Of a DNA stretch of 64,000 nucleotides, positions 51,327 through 63,706 are shown piece after piece (the first letter of the stretch is position 1; the number at the start of each line of letters is the position of its first letter). Location of the stretch: NCBI GenBank assembly GCA_964016885.1, contig OZ024743.1:240622001-240686000 (forward strand), in the 5' to 3' direction. The translations under genes and the position numbers were made by a program. The stretch comes from Eledone cirrhosa (Eukaryota). Under the pieces are notes generated by a model. It searched no databases, was not told where the DNA came from, and saw nothing but the letters and a program-made list of their open reading frames with translations.

Positions 51327-51563
51327 GAGAAGAGAGAGGGAGAGAAAGAGAGAGAGAGAGGGGGTGGGGTGGAGAGAGTGTCTGTGAGAGGCAGAGAGAA
51401 AGAGAGACAGATTATAACTGGAGAAACAGTAAGAGGAGAGAAAGATAGACACACATATAATAAGGGATAAGGTGCAATGTTTTGAGAGGGAAACCAAATA
51501 GAGAAAGATACAGACTGTTTGTGTGTATGTGTGTGCATTATGAAAAAGAGAAAGTGAAGAAGT

Positions 51564-51594
<31 letters not shown>

Positions 51595-51867
51595 GTGTAT
51601 ATGTACAAACACACCAGGGATATAAAGAAAGAGAGAGAGAGAGAGAGAGAGAGTTCAAGACAAATCTGAAAAAAATTGTAGAGACAAGGAATAAAAGGGA
51701 GAGAAAGAGAGTGAGTGAGAGAGAGAGAAAACAAAGAGTGAAATCTAATTAAAGAACTTAGGAATCGATCTTAGATCGATTAAAAGGAAAATCGATTCCT
51801 TTGGGATTTGAAACCATAACAGGGCATTTAGTGCAGCCAACTTCAATTCTGCAACTCAGCGTAATTA

Positions 51868-51924
<57 letters not shown>

Positions 51925-51954
51925 ACACACACATACACACACACATACATGCAC

Positions 51955-51988
<34 letters not shown>

Positions 51989-52871
51989 GCACACACATAT
52001 ACATACACACTATCATACATACATACATTTATATGCACATTTTGCTCGTGTAAGTCTTGTTGTTTTAATCAGGTCAACACAGATCGAACACGCCCATGCT
52101 TAAATATTGAGCCAGTCGTGACCATCCCCTCTTGTTCAGTGAGCTACATTATTTAACGTAAAACATTAGAGAAGGTGGAGGTCCTGGTCTGGGGTTCAAT
52201 CCTGGTCAGGGGCTACACATGGGGATATCTTAATAAACTTTAAAAAAAAAGAAGAAAAAGATGGTGTATTAGCAGAGTGGTTAGAACGTCGAATGAAATG
52301 TTTTGTGGCATTTAGTTACGGCCCTTTACGTTCTGAGTTCAAATCCAGCCGAGATCAACTTTGTCTTTCATCCTTATGAGGTCTATAAAATGAAGTACCA
52401 GGAAAGTACTGGGGTCGATGTAAGCGACTTTCCCTTCCTCCAAATTGCTGGCCTTGTGCCTAAAGTAGAAATCAATATTTAACGTAAGTCAGAAAGGGAA
52501 GTTGACTTCTATTTTCTAGCTGGACAAATTCTCCATCGCTGTCTGGTAATATCAGTGGTATACATTCGTCTATTCGATCTACTTTTATTAGACCTTCATT
52601 TTCACAGGACACGGAGCGGGAGTATTTTGTTCGGTCAACTGATATTTCGTATAATTGATTTGATTGGAAAAAAAATGATAAAAAAGGAATTCATACTAAA
52701 CATAATTACGTAAAAATTCAATGTTTACAGAGCTCTTAATAGATTTGAAATGTTGCACCTTTATGCTATCTATGGCGAATTTTCACCTCGATACACATAT
52801 GATATTAGATTTCCATTTTCTGTTGAATTGTTAATGGCGTTCACTTTCACTTCACAGACATGATAACAGTT

Positions 52872-52919
<48 letters not shown>

Positions 52920-53059
52920 ATAGTAGTAGTAGTGTTTCCTTTGTTAAATGACAAGCAAAGCTGATATATAATGTCATCAAGAATGGCTATGTGTATATAT
53001 GATTGTATGAGTTTGTACAAGAGTATGTGTCCGTGAAGCGTATACATATACACCAGGTT

Positions 53060-53260
53060 CGAACGCAAAGAAACAAAACTCTTACTGTCACTTCCTCCGT
53101 ATCACCTGCTCTCCCCATGAGGGCCCACGCGCTGGCCACCCCATGGAGAGAATAGTGAAGGCGTTTCCCCGGAGGATGGTGAGGGAACCGCGCTGGAAGA
53201 GACATTCCTGCTCGCGAGGCTCACAGCTGCGAGTTGTAGAGTAAATGAAGACTCAGCTGA
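53060..53260 (-). mobile_element. CRE-clade LINE 3' fragment
   Basis: EPREQECLFQRGSLTILRGNAFTILS. Confidence 0.75.
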
Positions 53261-53329
53261 TTTTGCAATACTTTTAAATCTTTCACCGTGTCAGTCATTT
53301 CATGTGTTAACATTATCTTAACATTATCT

Positions 53330-53504
53330 TTGGCAGTATCGGTAGAGGGTCGGACGCCATGCTTTCCAGCATAGTTACGTCCCTTTACGATCTGAGTTCA
53401 AATCCCGCCGAGGTTGACTTGGCCTTTCATCCTTACGGGGTCGATAAAATAAAGTACCAGTAATGTACTGGGTAATTGCTGGCCTTGTGCCAAAAGTAGA
53501 AACA
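53330..53504 (+). mobile_element. Nin-domain SINE (family A), young, with 14-bp TSD
   Basis: TSD ATTATCTTAACATT at 53312-53325 and 53505-53518. Confidence 0.9.
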
Positions 53505-54299
53505 ATTATCTTAACATTGCTTATATGTTACTGTTAAAAATGACTATCTGAGATCATGCATCATATAGATTAACACATGATACATTTTATATGAATAGGA
53601 CCTGTAATGGACCTCCGTCGGTTTCGATGATGAGTTCTTCAATTAATAGAAGTGTTTGTTCATGAAATTAAAGTGTAAGTGGTAGAGAATCCCATGCGTG
53701 ACATTAACGTAAATCTCAGATTATGGTAAATAAACACTTGTCCAAGATATCACACAGTGGAGATAAACACGGGACTATTACCACCAACATCATTATCACT
53801 TGTAACACCAGCATTATCACTACCACCAGCAACATCACCACCATCAACAAAACCACCAGCATCAGTAACACAAGCAACATCACCAACAACGCCGACATCA
53901 CCATTAACAAAACCACCAGCATCAGCAACACAAACAACATCACCACCACCAACGACACTGACACCACCACCAACAACACTGACACCACCAGCAACAATGC
54001 CACGATCACCAGCAGCAACACCATCACCACCAGTTACACTACCAGCCCCATCACCAACAGGTATGTTTGAGACTGCCTATATATATTCTTGGATCTGGCT
54101 GTTGAAACGGCAATAGCTCAGCCGTCAGTGTCCTGCTACTTTATAATATAACCATACTCCACTACCCCAAGTATGGAGTACTCTAGTGAATAATGTTTAA
54201 ACCAGTTTCAAACTGAATCCATCCTGATTTATTTATTTATTTATTTACTTAATGGGACAAGATAATATGCTTTATTCACTTTCGTGCGACATTTACTTA

Positions 54300-54620
54300 A
54301 ATAGGAAAATGTTTATTTTTAAAATAAAATTTTGTAAGAAAAAAAAAAAAAGGGGGAAACAAAAGGAAAGAAAGAATAGGGAAATATAGGGGAAAAAAAG
54401 AGAGAAAGAAAGAAGAAGAACGGGAAGGGAAGGAGATGGCAAGAGCTCCGGTGTCGCAGAAGAGAGCGGATGGGTTAAGGGAGAGGGTGATTGGGCTTTG
54501 GGCCGAGAGTAAGAGGGCAGAAGTGCTGCGTCCCGCTGACAAAATCGCAAAAGCATTCCCCCGGTTGATGGCCAGTGACACTCGCTGCAACAGCCACCCA
54601 ACCTCGCGTGGCTCCCTATA
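54300..54620 (-). mobile_element. CRE-clade LINE 3' fragment with pyrimidine-rich 3' UTR
   Basis: REPREVGWLLQRVSLAINRGNAFAILS. Confidence 0.82.
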
Positions 54621-55039
54621 TTCATATATAAATGAGGTTACGAAATAATTCAACAACATAACCTCTTAGTTACTTCCCATTTTTCTTTATCTTTTTTTAA
54701 TTTAATTTTGTCTCCAGTTGGCCTTCCCTATTTAAATTTTTATTTCATTCTGTTTTATTTTTAACTTTCATTATGATTTTTATATTCATTTATCTCTGTA
54801 TATCCTGTTTATAGAAAAAAACTGATTTGTTTCTATATTTCTTAATACAAAATCTCACAATATCATGAAATGCTAGTCACATTATATCATACCTGCCAGC
54901 CTCTAAAAACCCAAACGGAGAGTACCATGAAAAAATGAGCCCCAAAACGGGGAGAAATGAGGCAAAATGGGGAGATTTGACATAATGAAAGCTATACCCA
55001 TTTTCATAAGAGAAGACTTCTCTCACCCATCCCATAATA

Positions 55040-55410
55040 ATAATTGAGCAGTATCTAATAAAAACAAAACACACTACTAAAGGGAACAGAAAAGAAAGAA
55101 GAAAAAAGAGAAAATGAAGGATCAAGCGGCAAAAGAAAGGGAGAGGGGGAGAGACAGTCATCACACCCCCGTCTGAGCGGTGTATCAACCACGCTCCACA
55201 GACAAAACGGCAAAAGTGGAGAATGGCCAGAGACACCCTCTGCAACAGCCATCCCAACTCACGAAGCTCCCCCCTCAAGCCGGCCGCTGTCTTCCCAACT
55301 TTACGGAGGAAATCAGCAGTCGGGGGTCAATGACGCCAGAGGTCTCGACGGAGACCGGTGCAAAGAAGAACCGGTTGATCTCCCAACTGCAAGAAGTACC
55401 AGATACTTCA
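55040..55410 (-). mobile_element. CRE-clade LINE 3' fragment
   Basis: FFAPVSVETSGVIDP...DFLRKVGKTAAGLRGELRELGWLLQRVSLAI. Confidence 0.82.
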
Positions 55411-55476
55411 CCTAGACTGTCATGTCTTATGTCTTACTAGCTCTAAACGGACGTTGAAATTGATTAAATAAATTAA

Positions 55477-55569
<93 letters not shown>

Positions 55570-55991
55570 AGTACACACACTCACAAACTTATACATCCCA
55601 ACATATTTACACACACACACAGGCATCGTCTGCACTTAACAAAATGTTTCTTGTAAATATTTTTGCCTCGAAAATCAAATAATACAGAATTGGCCGTCTC
55701 AAAATTTCTGTCTCTCACTTTCCCTCTTTGCCACCCACCCCTCTCTACATGTTATCTCATTCTCTCTTACTCTCACTCTCTCCCCCTCTCTCTCTTTTTT
55801 CCCCTCTCACACACATACACAGATTACTTCAAGACCATCCTGATTCTAACTAGTTCTGGTACTGGTTGTTGTTGCTCTTATTGCTGTCGTCAACTTCGTT
55901 GTTGTTGGTTCGCCTTAGGTCAGTCCTGATCTAGCAAATTTATGATAAAAAATGTTTTAGCCATGAAAAGCCTCTTTGTGTATGCCTGGAA

Positions 55992-56367
55992 CAGTGGTTC
56001 TCAACGGTGGGCCAAAGGCCCACTGAGTGGGCTCGGGACAATTTTGAGTGGGCCCGGAGAAATTTCAGTGGGCTTGGAAATTTTTTCAGACTTTCTTGGA
56101 ACTTAAGATCACACAAAATTTAAATGCAGTTGGGATCATATGGGGGTAAGTGTTCCAGAATGCTCTTTGAGCACTGACCCTGGCAATTTCTAGGGAGTAA
56201 AGTGGGCCGGGAGAACAAAAAGATTGAGAAGCACTAGTATATATATCATGTGGGGGTTATAGTCCGGAATAGTTTTGAGCACTAGTTTACGCTTGTAAAA
56301 TAAGTGGGCCCGGACATTTTTCGGGAGTTAAAAGTGGGCCCCGGGTCAAAAAGGTTGAGAAACACTG
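55992..56367. mobile_element. hAT (Charlie/Buster-type) MITE
   Basis: TIRs CAGTGGTTCTCAAC / GTTGAGAAACACTG. Degenerate 8-bp TSD GCCTGGAA / GTCTAGAA. Repeated AGTGGGCCC subterminal motifs. Confidence 0.85.
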
Positions 56368-57689
56368 GTCTAGAACTACATTATCTAATGTATCCCTCCT
56401 TCATTGAAGGATGAGGTTCGAGGGAAAATTAGCTGCTATCTCTGGTAGGTCAGGTGACTTGATTTTAATCAGTTATTGTTGTGGTTGTTGTTATAGTTTG
56501 TGTCCAGATGACAATAATTCTATCTTTTCCCCAGACCCAGTGATCAAATTCAATTTGACCTTCCTCTTTTAAAATATTAACAGTATAACCTAATGTCGAT
56601 TTGACTGTTCTTTCTAGAAGACCAAAGAGAGATCATGTAGAGGCTTCATCATTAACTCAGTTTTCACTCTGGAGTTTCATTGTGAACTTCGTAAATATAC
56701 TTGTTGCCCATTTTGTTGTAGACCATTTGGTATACAGCGGCTTTATTTCAATATTATTTCTTCTAATCCGAAATCATTCGGAATCAGGTTGCTACTCGAA
56801 TACTATAAAATCTCTCTCTATATATATGTGCATCTTTCAGAAGCAAATAAAAGGATTCCAATAAAATAATTGATAAAAATATAAATGTATTACGATGAAA
56901 TTGTAATAAAGAACTAATAAAAGAGCTGATGGCAATAAAATACGGTAAATATGATGATAATAAAAGAGCTAATAAGAGGAAATTAAACAAGATGGTAATA
57001 AAAATATCCAAATGAAGGAAACCATCAGCTTTAGGCGAGGAAAGATACTTGATAACCTTGAATTTAAGGAGATGAAGGTCACGCTATACAGGAAAACAAA
57101 TAGATGTAGAGTATATTTCACGATTTAGCTTCTCTGAAGGGAGGGAAACTTTGGATTTGGTTCTTGCAACGTGTCCCTGTGATATACAAGAAGCGCAGAT
57201 ATAATTGTCTAAGGTTTTTACACCTAGCAAACGATAGCTGTAATAAAATCTATACTTGCAGAGAATCTATTACAGGAGAATATTTGTTTAATATGTGGTT
57301 ACTTGGATATTAAAAGACAAGGCACAACAACCATCACAGTCTGAGTATGTTTACATCGACGAACATACACAAAACTGTTTAGGTGGCAGTACACTAGGGT
57401 GTTATGCATGTAATATGGTGAGTTGAACAATATCAACTAACTGGAACTATTTATGCAATTAGTAGAAATAAACTCCCTCTAGATATGTTGAAAATCTAAA
57501 AACAAGCCAAGAAAATAATTTGAAACCAATCACTTAATCACATTAGGGTGAGGTGGGCTGGGGTTTATATTATATGGTGGGTGGTGAACCGTGACGTTAA
57601 GTAGTCTGGCATTCGTTTTCTGAGAAGTATATCATACTCTCTTTCTATTGGGGTTTCGATTGTTGAATTTGTTTGTTAAAAGTTTTTTA

Positions 57690-57775
57690 CACGATTGTAT
57701 GTAAAATCCCCGGCATATGTCCTTGTATTGTCCCCTTTTCTTGTGCGTCCTTGTGACAAATAAAGAAATATATAT
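57690..57775 (+). mobile_element. Tx1-like 3' UTR remnant
   Basis: ATGTCCTTGTATTGTCCC...TTGTGACAAATAAAGAAA resembles the Tx1 3' ends at 18200-18290 and 19930-20000. Confidence 0.45.
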
Positions 57776-57905
57776 CTCTGTATCTGTCTGCCTCCCCCTC
57801 TCCCCCTCTCTATCTCTCTTTCAATCTATCTATCTATCTGTCTATCTAGCCTAATCACCTGATGCTGTGAACTTAGCTATAATACACACACATACACACA
57901 GACAG

Positions 57906-57937
<32 letters not shown>

Positions 57938-57947
57938 ACACACACAT

Positions 57948-58006
<59 letters not shown>

Positions 58007-58298
58007 TACATACATACATACATACATACACACACGCACATAGACAGACACACACACACACATATATATACATGTATATATATATATATATATTACACAC
58101 TTACTTGGCGGCAGGTTGCAAGTAAAGATATGCATATGCTATAGGCGTTCTTTGTTATTTATTATATCACGGCTCTGTCCTCAGACATCGAGCTAACCTT
58201 ATACTGCCTGTTGGATAAGTGGAGTGTTATACACCCCTGATCCTCTCCCTAGTATACTATATATATATATATACATACAGACACACACACACACACAG

Positions 58299-58329
<31 letters not shown>

Positions 58330-58383
58330 CATATATATATATATACATACATACAGACAAACACACACACGCACACACAGACC

Positions 58384-58429
<46 letters not shown>

Positions 58430-58554
58430 GTGATTTCTCCCGAATGAAACAGTTCTAGTTCTGTAGAAGTCATTTGTATATTAAATATTTATACTCTACT
58501 ATGTATTGAGTACCCTACTTACTGTGGTTACCCCCGATTCAACCCGGAATAACT

Positions 58555-58623
<69 letters not shown>

Positions 58624-58736
58624 TTTAATGGTTTGTAACTTTACGTTACTATCGGTTCTCCAGATTGAGCACTTGATGAATATGTGGGCCAGGTTTAGTA
58701 TAGTACGTGGTATAAGCTGAGTGTTAATAATAATGG

Positions 58737-59157
58737 TTACTACATTTGGCACAACGCCAGCAATTACCCAGTACATTACTGGTACTGTATTTTATCGACC
58801 CCGTAAAGATGAAAGGCAAAGTTAACCTCGGCAAGATTTGAACTCAGAATGGCAAGGGCAGTAACTCTATACGCCAAAGCATGGCGTGCGACCCTCTACC
58901 GATACTGCCAGGAACGAGAGATATCTGCGTACAGCTGTACGAAGATATCTCCCGTCATTATGGAACCACGTGCGGTGGATTGGCAGTATCGGTAGAGGGT
59001 CGGACGCTATGCTTTGACGCACAGAGTTACGGTCCTTGCCATTCTGAGTTCGAATCCCGCCGAGGTTAACTTTGCCTTTCATCCTTACGGGGTCGATAAA
59101 ATAAAGTACCAGTAATATACTGGGTAATTGCTGGCCTTGTGCCAAAAAGTAGAAATA
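58737..59157. mobile_element. Head-to-head inverted pair of family-A SINEs around a palindrome
   Basis: Minus copy at ~58737-58910. Plus copy at 58972-59157 with TSD ATTATGGAACCACG. Palindrome at 58914-58955. Confidence 0.9.
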
Positions 59158-59299
59158 ATTATGGAACCACGAATCTGATGAGCTATTAATTCCAGAGTCA
59201 GGCGCTATCGATACGGATCGTACTTTGTGTTGATCAATCGTGAATCGCGCATCAAACGTGAATAAAAATAATCATAATTTGACACCTCGTTCCTACTCC

Positions 59300-59503
59300 T
59301 TATATATATATACACACACACACACACGCATATATATATATATGTATGCGTGTACGTATATATATATATATATATGTGTGTGTGTATGTATGTATGTATA
59401 TATATATCTGTGTATGTATGTATATATATATATATTTATATATATTTATATATATATTATATATATATATATAATATATATTATAATATATATATATATA
59501 TAT

Positions 59504-59557
<54 letters not shown>
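59300..59557. repeat. Compound (AT)n microsatellite
   Basis: Direct reading. Confidence 0.95.
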
Positions 59558-59558
<1 letters not shown>

Positions 59559-59774
59559 ACACCACCTTAACAACATATGGCACGCAATTAATCAGAGCTA
59601 TGTATCAATACAGAAATTTTATATAACTTAGCAATTATGATTACTCTACTGAACATAAACAACAACAACAGTTTTAATACTATTTTCCTCGCAGCTCGAT
59701 GATAAGCTTTTTCATTTTGCTTTATCGTCTGCATACTTCCTCACCATCTCTTTGCTTTCATTCTCGCCTCTTTC

Positions 59775-60180
59775 TTAGCTTTCTCCTTACCTACCTTCTA
59801 AATTCATTGTCCATCGCCCACTCTATTCCTCTCATCCAGTTACTTTCTTCCTCCCTCAACACATGACCCAATCATCCCATTCCATTTCTTTTTCCAGCAT
59901 TTATATTGGCTCTATTCCTTTCACTCATTTCCATCTTTCCTCAACACATGATCGCGCCATCTCATTCAATTTCTTTTCACAACATTAATCATCGGCTCCA
60001 TTCCTTTCCTCTAGTATATCCACCCATACTTAACACTTAACCTAATCATCCTATTTCATTTCTCTTCCCAACATTTACTTTCATCATCAACAATGTCTCT
60101 ATTTCTCTCACCCAGTCACTTTCATCCTCCTCAACACATGATCCAACCATCCCATTCATCACTGACTCTATTTCCACCCC
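59775..60180. repeat. Degenerate ~85-95-bp pyrimidine-rich tandem repeat
   Basis: Recurrent CTCTATTCCT...CTCAACACATGA...CATCCCATTC. Confidence 0.7.
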
Positions 60181-60719
60181 ATACTATCGTATCACCTCAG
60201 TGACGTTAATGTAAAAGTCACAAAACAACAAAAAAAGTACAAAAAACAACAAGAACAAAAAAACTGCCTAAGAGAAACTAGATCTTTGGTATGGAATGAC
60301 TTCCATTTCTAATGGATTTCCTTTGAAATAATTACTTCGTTCATGAAGATATATAATGGAATGAGAGGTTGAAGCTATAGGAGAGTAAGGGTGGAAAGGT
60401 TAGTCTTGTCGTATGCACAACAGACAAGATTGATGGATCACGTCATTCTATTATTGAGGTTGCGCATTGTCCTTTAATTCTCGCTGCCTTACTCCATCCT
60501 GTAATAAACAAGAATTATGAATAGCCACGATGATAGATTTAATTTTCTGCTCAGTTCAGCTGTACCCCTATATGTTGATGAACTTGTTACTTAAGTCTAT
60601 CTTGAGTGGCTTTCAGGTTATCTGAAATTGCTTCTATTTTTACATTTTAGATACATTATTCAGAGATGTCGGTTGGCATAGTCTTTGCGGTATTTGTTTC
60701 AGTTATATATATTCTCTAT

Positions 60720-61032
60720 TCGATTCCTACCGAGGTTAATATTGCCTTTCATCCTTCCGCGATCGATAGGGCGGTGGATTGGCAGTATCGGTAGAGCGTC
60801 GGACAACATGCTTTGCAGCAGAGAATTACGGCCCTTTGTGTTCTAAGTTTAAATCTCACAGAATTTAGCTTTGCCTGTCATCGTTGTGTGGCCGATAAAA
60901 TAAAGCACCAATAATACACTGGAGTCGACAACATAAAGTACCAGTAATGCACTAGGGTCGATTTAATCGAACCCCCCCCCCCCCCCCCCCAAAAAAAAAA
61001 AACATTGTTGCCCTCGCGCTTATATCAGAAAG
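60720..61032 (+). mobile_element. Family-A SINE fragments (rearranged)
   Basis: GGCGGTGGATTGGCAGTATCGGTAGAG head at ~60771, preceded by a partial Nin core. Confidence 0.75.
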
Positions 61033-61315
61033 CGTGAATTGGACTTTTGCAGTTTTGCATAAGATATCAGAATTAGTGAATCCTTAAAGATATCTCCATC
61101 ACTATTTATTGAGGAGGCCCCAACAACAAATTTACTTCAGACAATCACATTTTCATGTCTTCGTCTTATTTTGATACGTTTACAAAAATGTTTGCTTATA
61201 TATTGTCACGTTGCTACCATACATCAATTGTTTGGATAATCGGAAACACGATTTTCATATTTACGTTTAAACAAGCCTTTACTTGTAATAATAATGAAAA
61301 CATACATACGTATAT

Positions 61316-61426
<111 letters not shown>

Positions 61427-62189
61427 TGTTTCGAGGAGTAATTGTCTGCTCTTACAAATAGGTGACAGCATAGATGTTGCCTCGCTAGCCTTTGGCGATA
61501 TTGGTAATGGTGTCAAATCTTTTACTAGGGGTGGTGGCCATGTTATTGAAGGTAGTATAATCAGTGGTAATATTGTTGATGGTGTTAGTACGAGTATGAG
61601 AACAAATGGTGGTACTAGAAGTGTTAGATTTGGTGTTAGTGGTGTTAAATATGGAAATTATACTGTACTGAAGGTAATATATTCGATGGAGTTGGTGGTG
61701 GCATATTTTTTAGTAGTGATGATATTTTTGGCAATGTTAGATCTGGAGGTGATATATTTCGTGGGGTTGATGATGGTGTGTATGGTAGTGGTAGTGGAGA
61801 TGGATGTTGTGGTGATGGAGGTCGTTGAGGTAGTGGTAGTGATGGTGGTAGTCGGAGGGTTGTGTTGTTTTTGTTGTTGTCGGTGATGGTGGTAGTGGTA
61901 GGGGTAGTTGGTGGGTAGGTAGTATGTGTAAATTACTAGGCATCGATTTACCTAATTTGTTAACAATTAGCACAGCTTCTAATTATGGTGAATATTTAAT
62001 AAAATAGCTTCTAGCATGATTTTACTCACGGCAGCACTGATACCTCTCCCCTTACCCCACCACCACACCCAATACTATTGTCGCCCAGGACCCCATCACC
62101 ATCACCACCACCACCATCATCATCCTCACCACCACAACCATCACCATTGTCACCCACAATAACACAACCACTACAACCACCCCTATTAT

Positions 62190-62765
62190 CACATACACTA
62201 CCATCACCACTATCACCCATAACGCCACCATCCTCACCACCACAACCATCACCACTACCACCCACAACGCCACCATCCTCACCACCACAACCATCACCAC
62301 TATCACCCACAACGCCACCATCCTCACCACCACAACCATCACCACTATCACCCACAACACCACCATCCTCACCACCACAACCATCACCACTATCACCCAC
62401 AACGCCACCATCCTCACCACCACAACCATCACCACTATCACCCACAACGCCACCATCCTCACCACCACAACCATCACCACTATCACCCACAACGCCACCA
62501 TCCTCACCGCCACAACCATCACCACTATCACCCACAACGCCACCATCCTCACCCCCACAACCATCACCACTATCACCCACAACGCCACCATCCTCACCAC
62601 CACAACCATCTCCACTATCACCCACAACGCCACCATCCTCACCACCACAACCATCACCACTATCACCCACAACGCCACCATCCTCACCACCACAACCATC
62701 ACCACTATCACCCACAACGCCACCATCCTCACCACCACAACCATCACCATTATCACCTACAGTAC
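62190..62765. repeat. 45-bp CAC-rich minisatellite (~12 copies)
   Basis: CACAACCATCACCACTATCACCCACAACGCCACCATCCTCACCAC units; 15-aa period in the spurious ORFs. Confidence 0.95.
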
Positions 62766-63019
62766 CATCACCTCCACCACCATCATCACAGCCATTACCA
62801 TTATCACCCACAACACCACAGTTACCACCACAATCACTCAGAATGCCATGACGACTATCACCAACAATACTACCATAATCACTCCCAACCACCACCACCA
62901 CCACCACCACCTTCACCCCAACGACGACGACCACCACTACCACCACCACCATCACCACTACTACCACCACCACCACCATCACCACCACCACCACAATAAC
63001 GACTATGACCACAACAGAT

Positions 63020-63342
63020 GTTGGGTCTCCGTCGATTTCGAAGACGAGTATTTCAATTGTTCGACCAATGGAATTGCCGGCACGTGAAATTTACGTGCAA
63101 GCAGCAGAGCATTCCATCGACACATGTAACCGTAACGTAATTCTCAGGGAGATTCAGTGTAACACAGGGGTTTACAGTGTAACAAGGGTTTAAATTATAG
63201 GTACAACTCAAGTTTTTCAATTTAGAAGCCTGGACCTACAGGAAATAAAGTGTCTTGCTGAAGGACACAACACGCCCCCCGGGAATCGAATTCACAACCT
63301 TTTGGTCAAGAGCCAAGCACTCTAACTACTAAGCCATGCACC
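63020..63342. mobile_element. Dispersed SINE-like repeat
   Basis: TCCGTCGATTTCGAAGACGAG...GTGAAATTTACGTGCAAG...CGTAATTCTCAG also occurs at ~53610-53720 and ~40720-40795. It continues into a family-B head on the minus strand. Confidence 0.6.
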
Positions 63343-63344
63343 TT

Positions 63345-63706
63345 CATAACTACCACCAACACCACCAATATCCTCCCACCTCTATCATCACCACCACCAC
63401 CAACAATAACAATATCCTCCCACTTCTACCACCACTTCCACTACCACCACCACCTCTATCACCACCAACACCACCAATATCCTCCCACCTCTATCATCAC
63501 CACCACCACCAACAATAACAATATCCTCCCACTTCTACCACCACTTCCACCACCACCACCACCTCTATCACCACCACCACCAACAATATCCTCGCACCAC
63601 CACCACCACCACCACCAACAATATCCTCCCACCTCTATCACCACCACCACCACCAACAACAACGATAACAATATCCTCCCACTTCTACCACCACTTCCAC
63701 CACCAA
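63345..63706. repeat. CAC-rich compound minisatellite
   Basis: Repeated CAATATCCTCCCAC(C/T)TCTA(T/C)CACCAC units. Confidence 0.85.

Noticed and set aside
51760-51800. Nested ATCGAT palindromes (AGGAATCGAT...ATCGATTCCT)
   Set aside because: Short and single, with no supporting context; compatible with a local micro-inversion or duplication.
53075-53205. Minus-strand ATG-initiated GC-rich segment ending at GTAAGA, as a possible first coding exon
   Set aside because: Another frame gives the CRE C-terminal motif (LFQRGSLTILRGNA), so a retroelement remnant explains it better.
62026-63012. 328-aa, 257-aa and 234-aa ORFs resembling mucin, extensin or Gly-rich proteins
   Set aside because: They are open in several frames on both strands because of a stop-free 45-bp CAC minisatellite. 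There is no unique domain or splice context.
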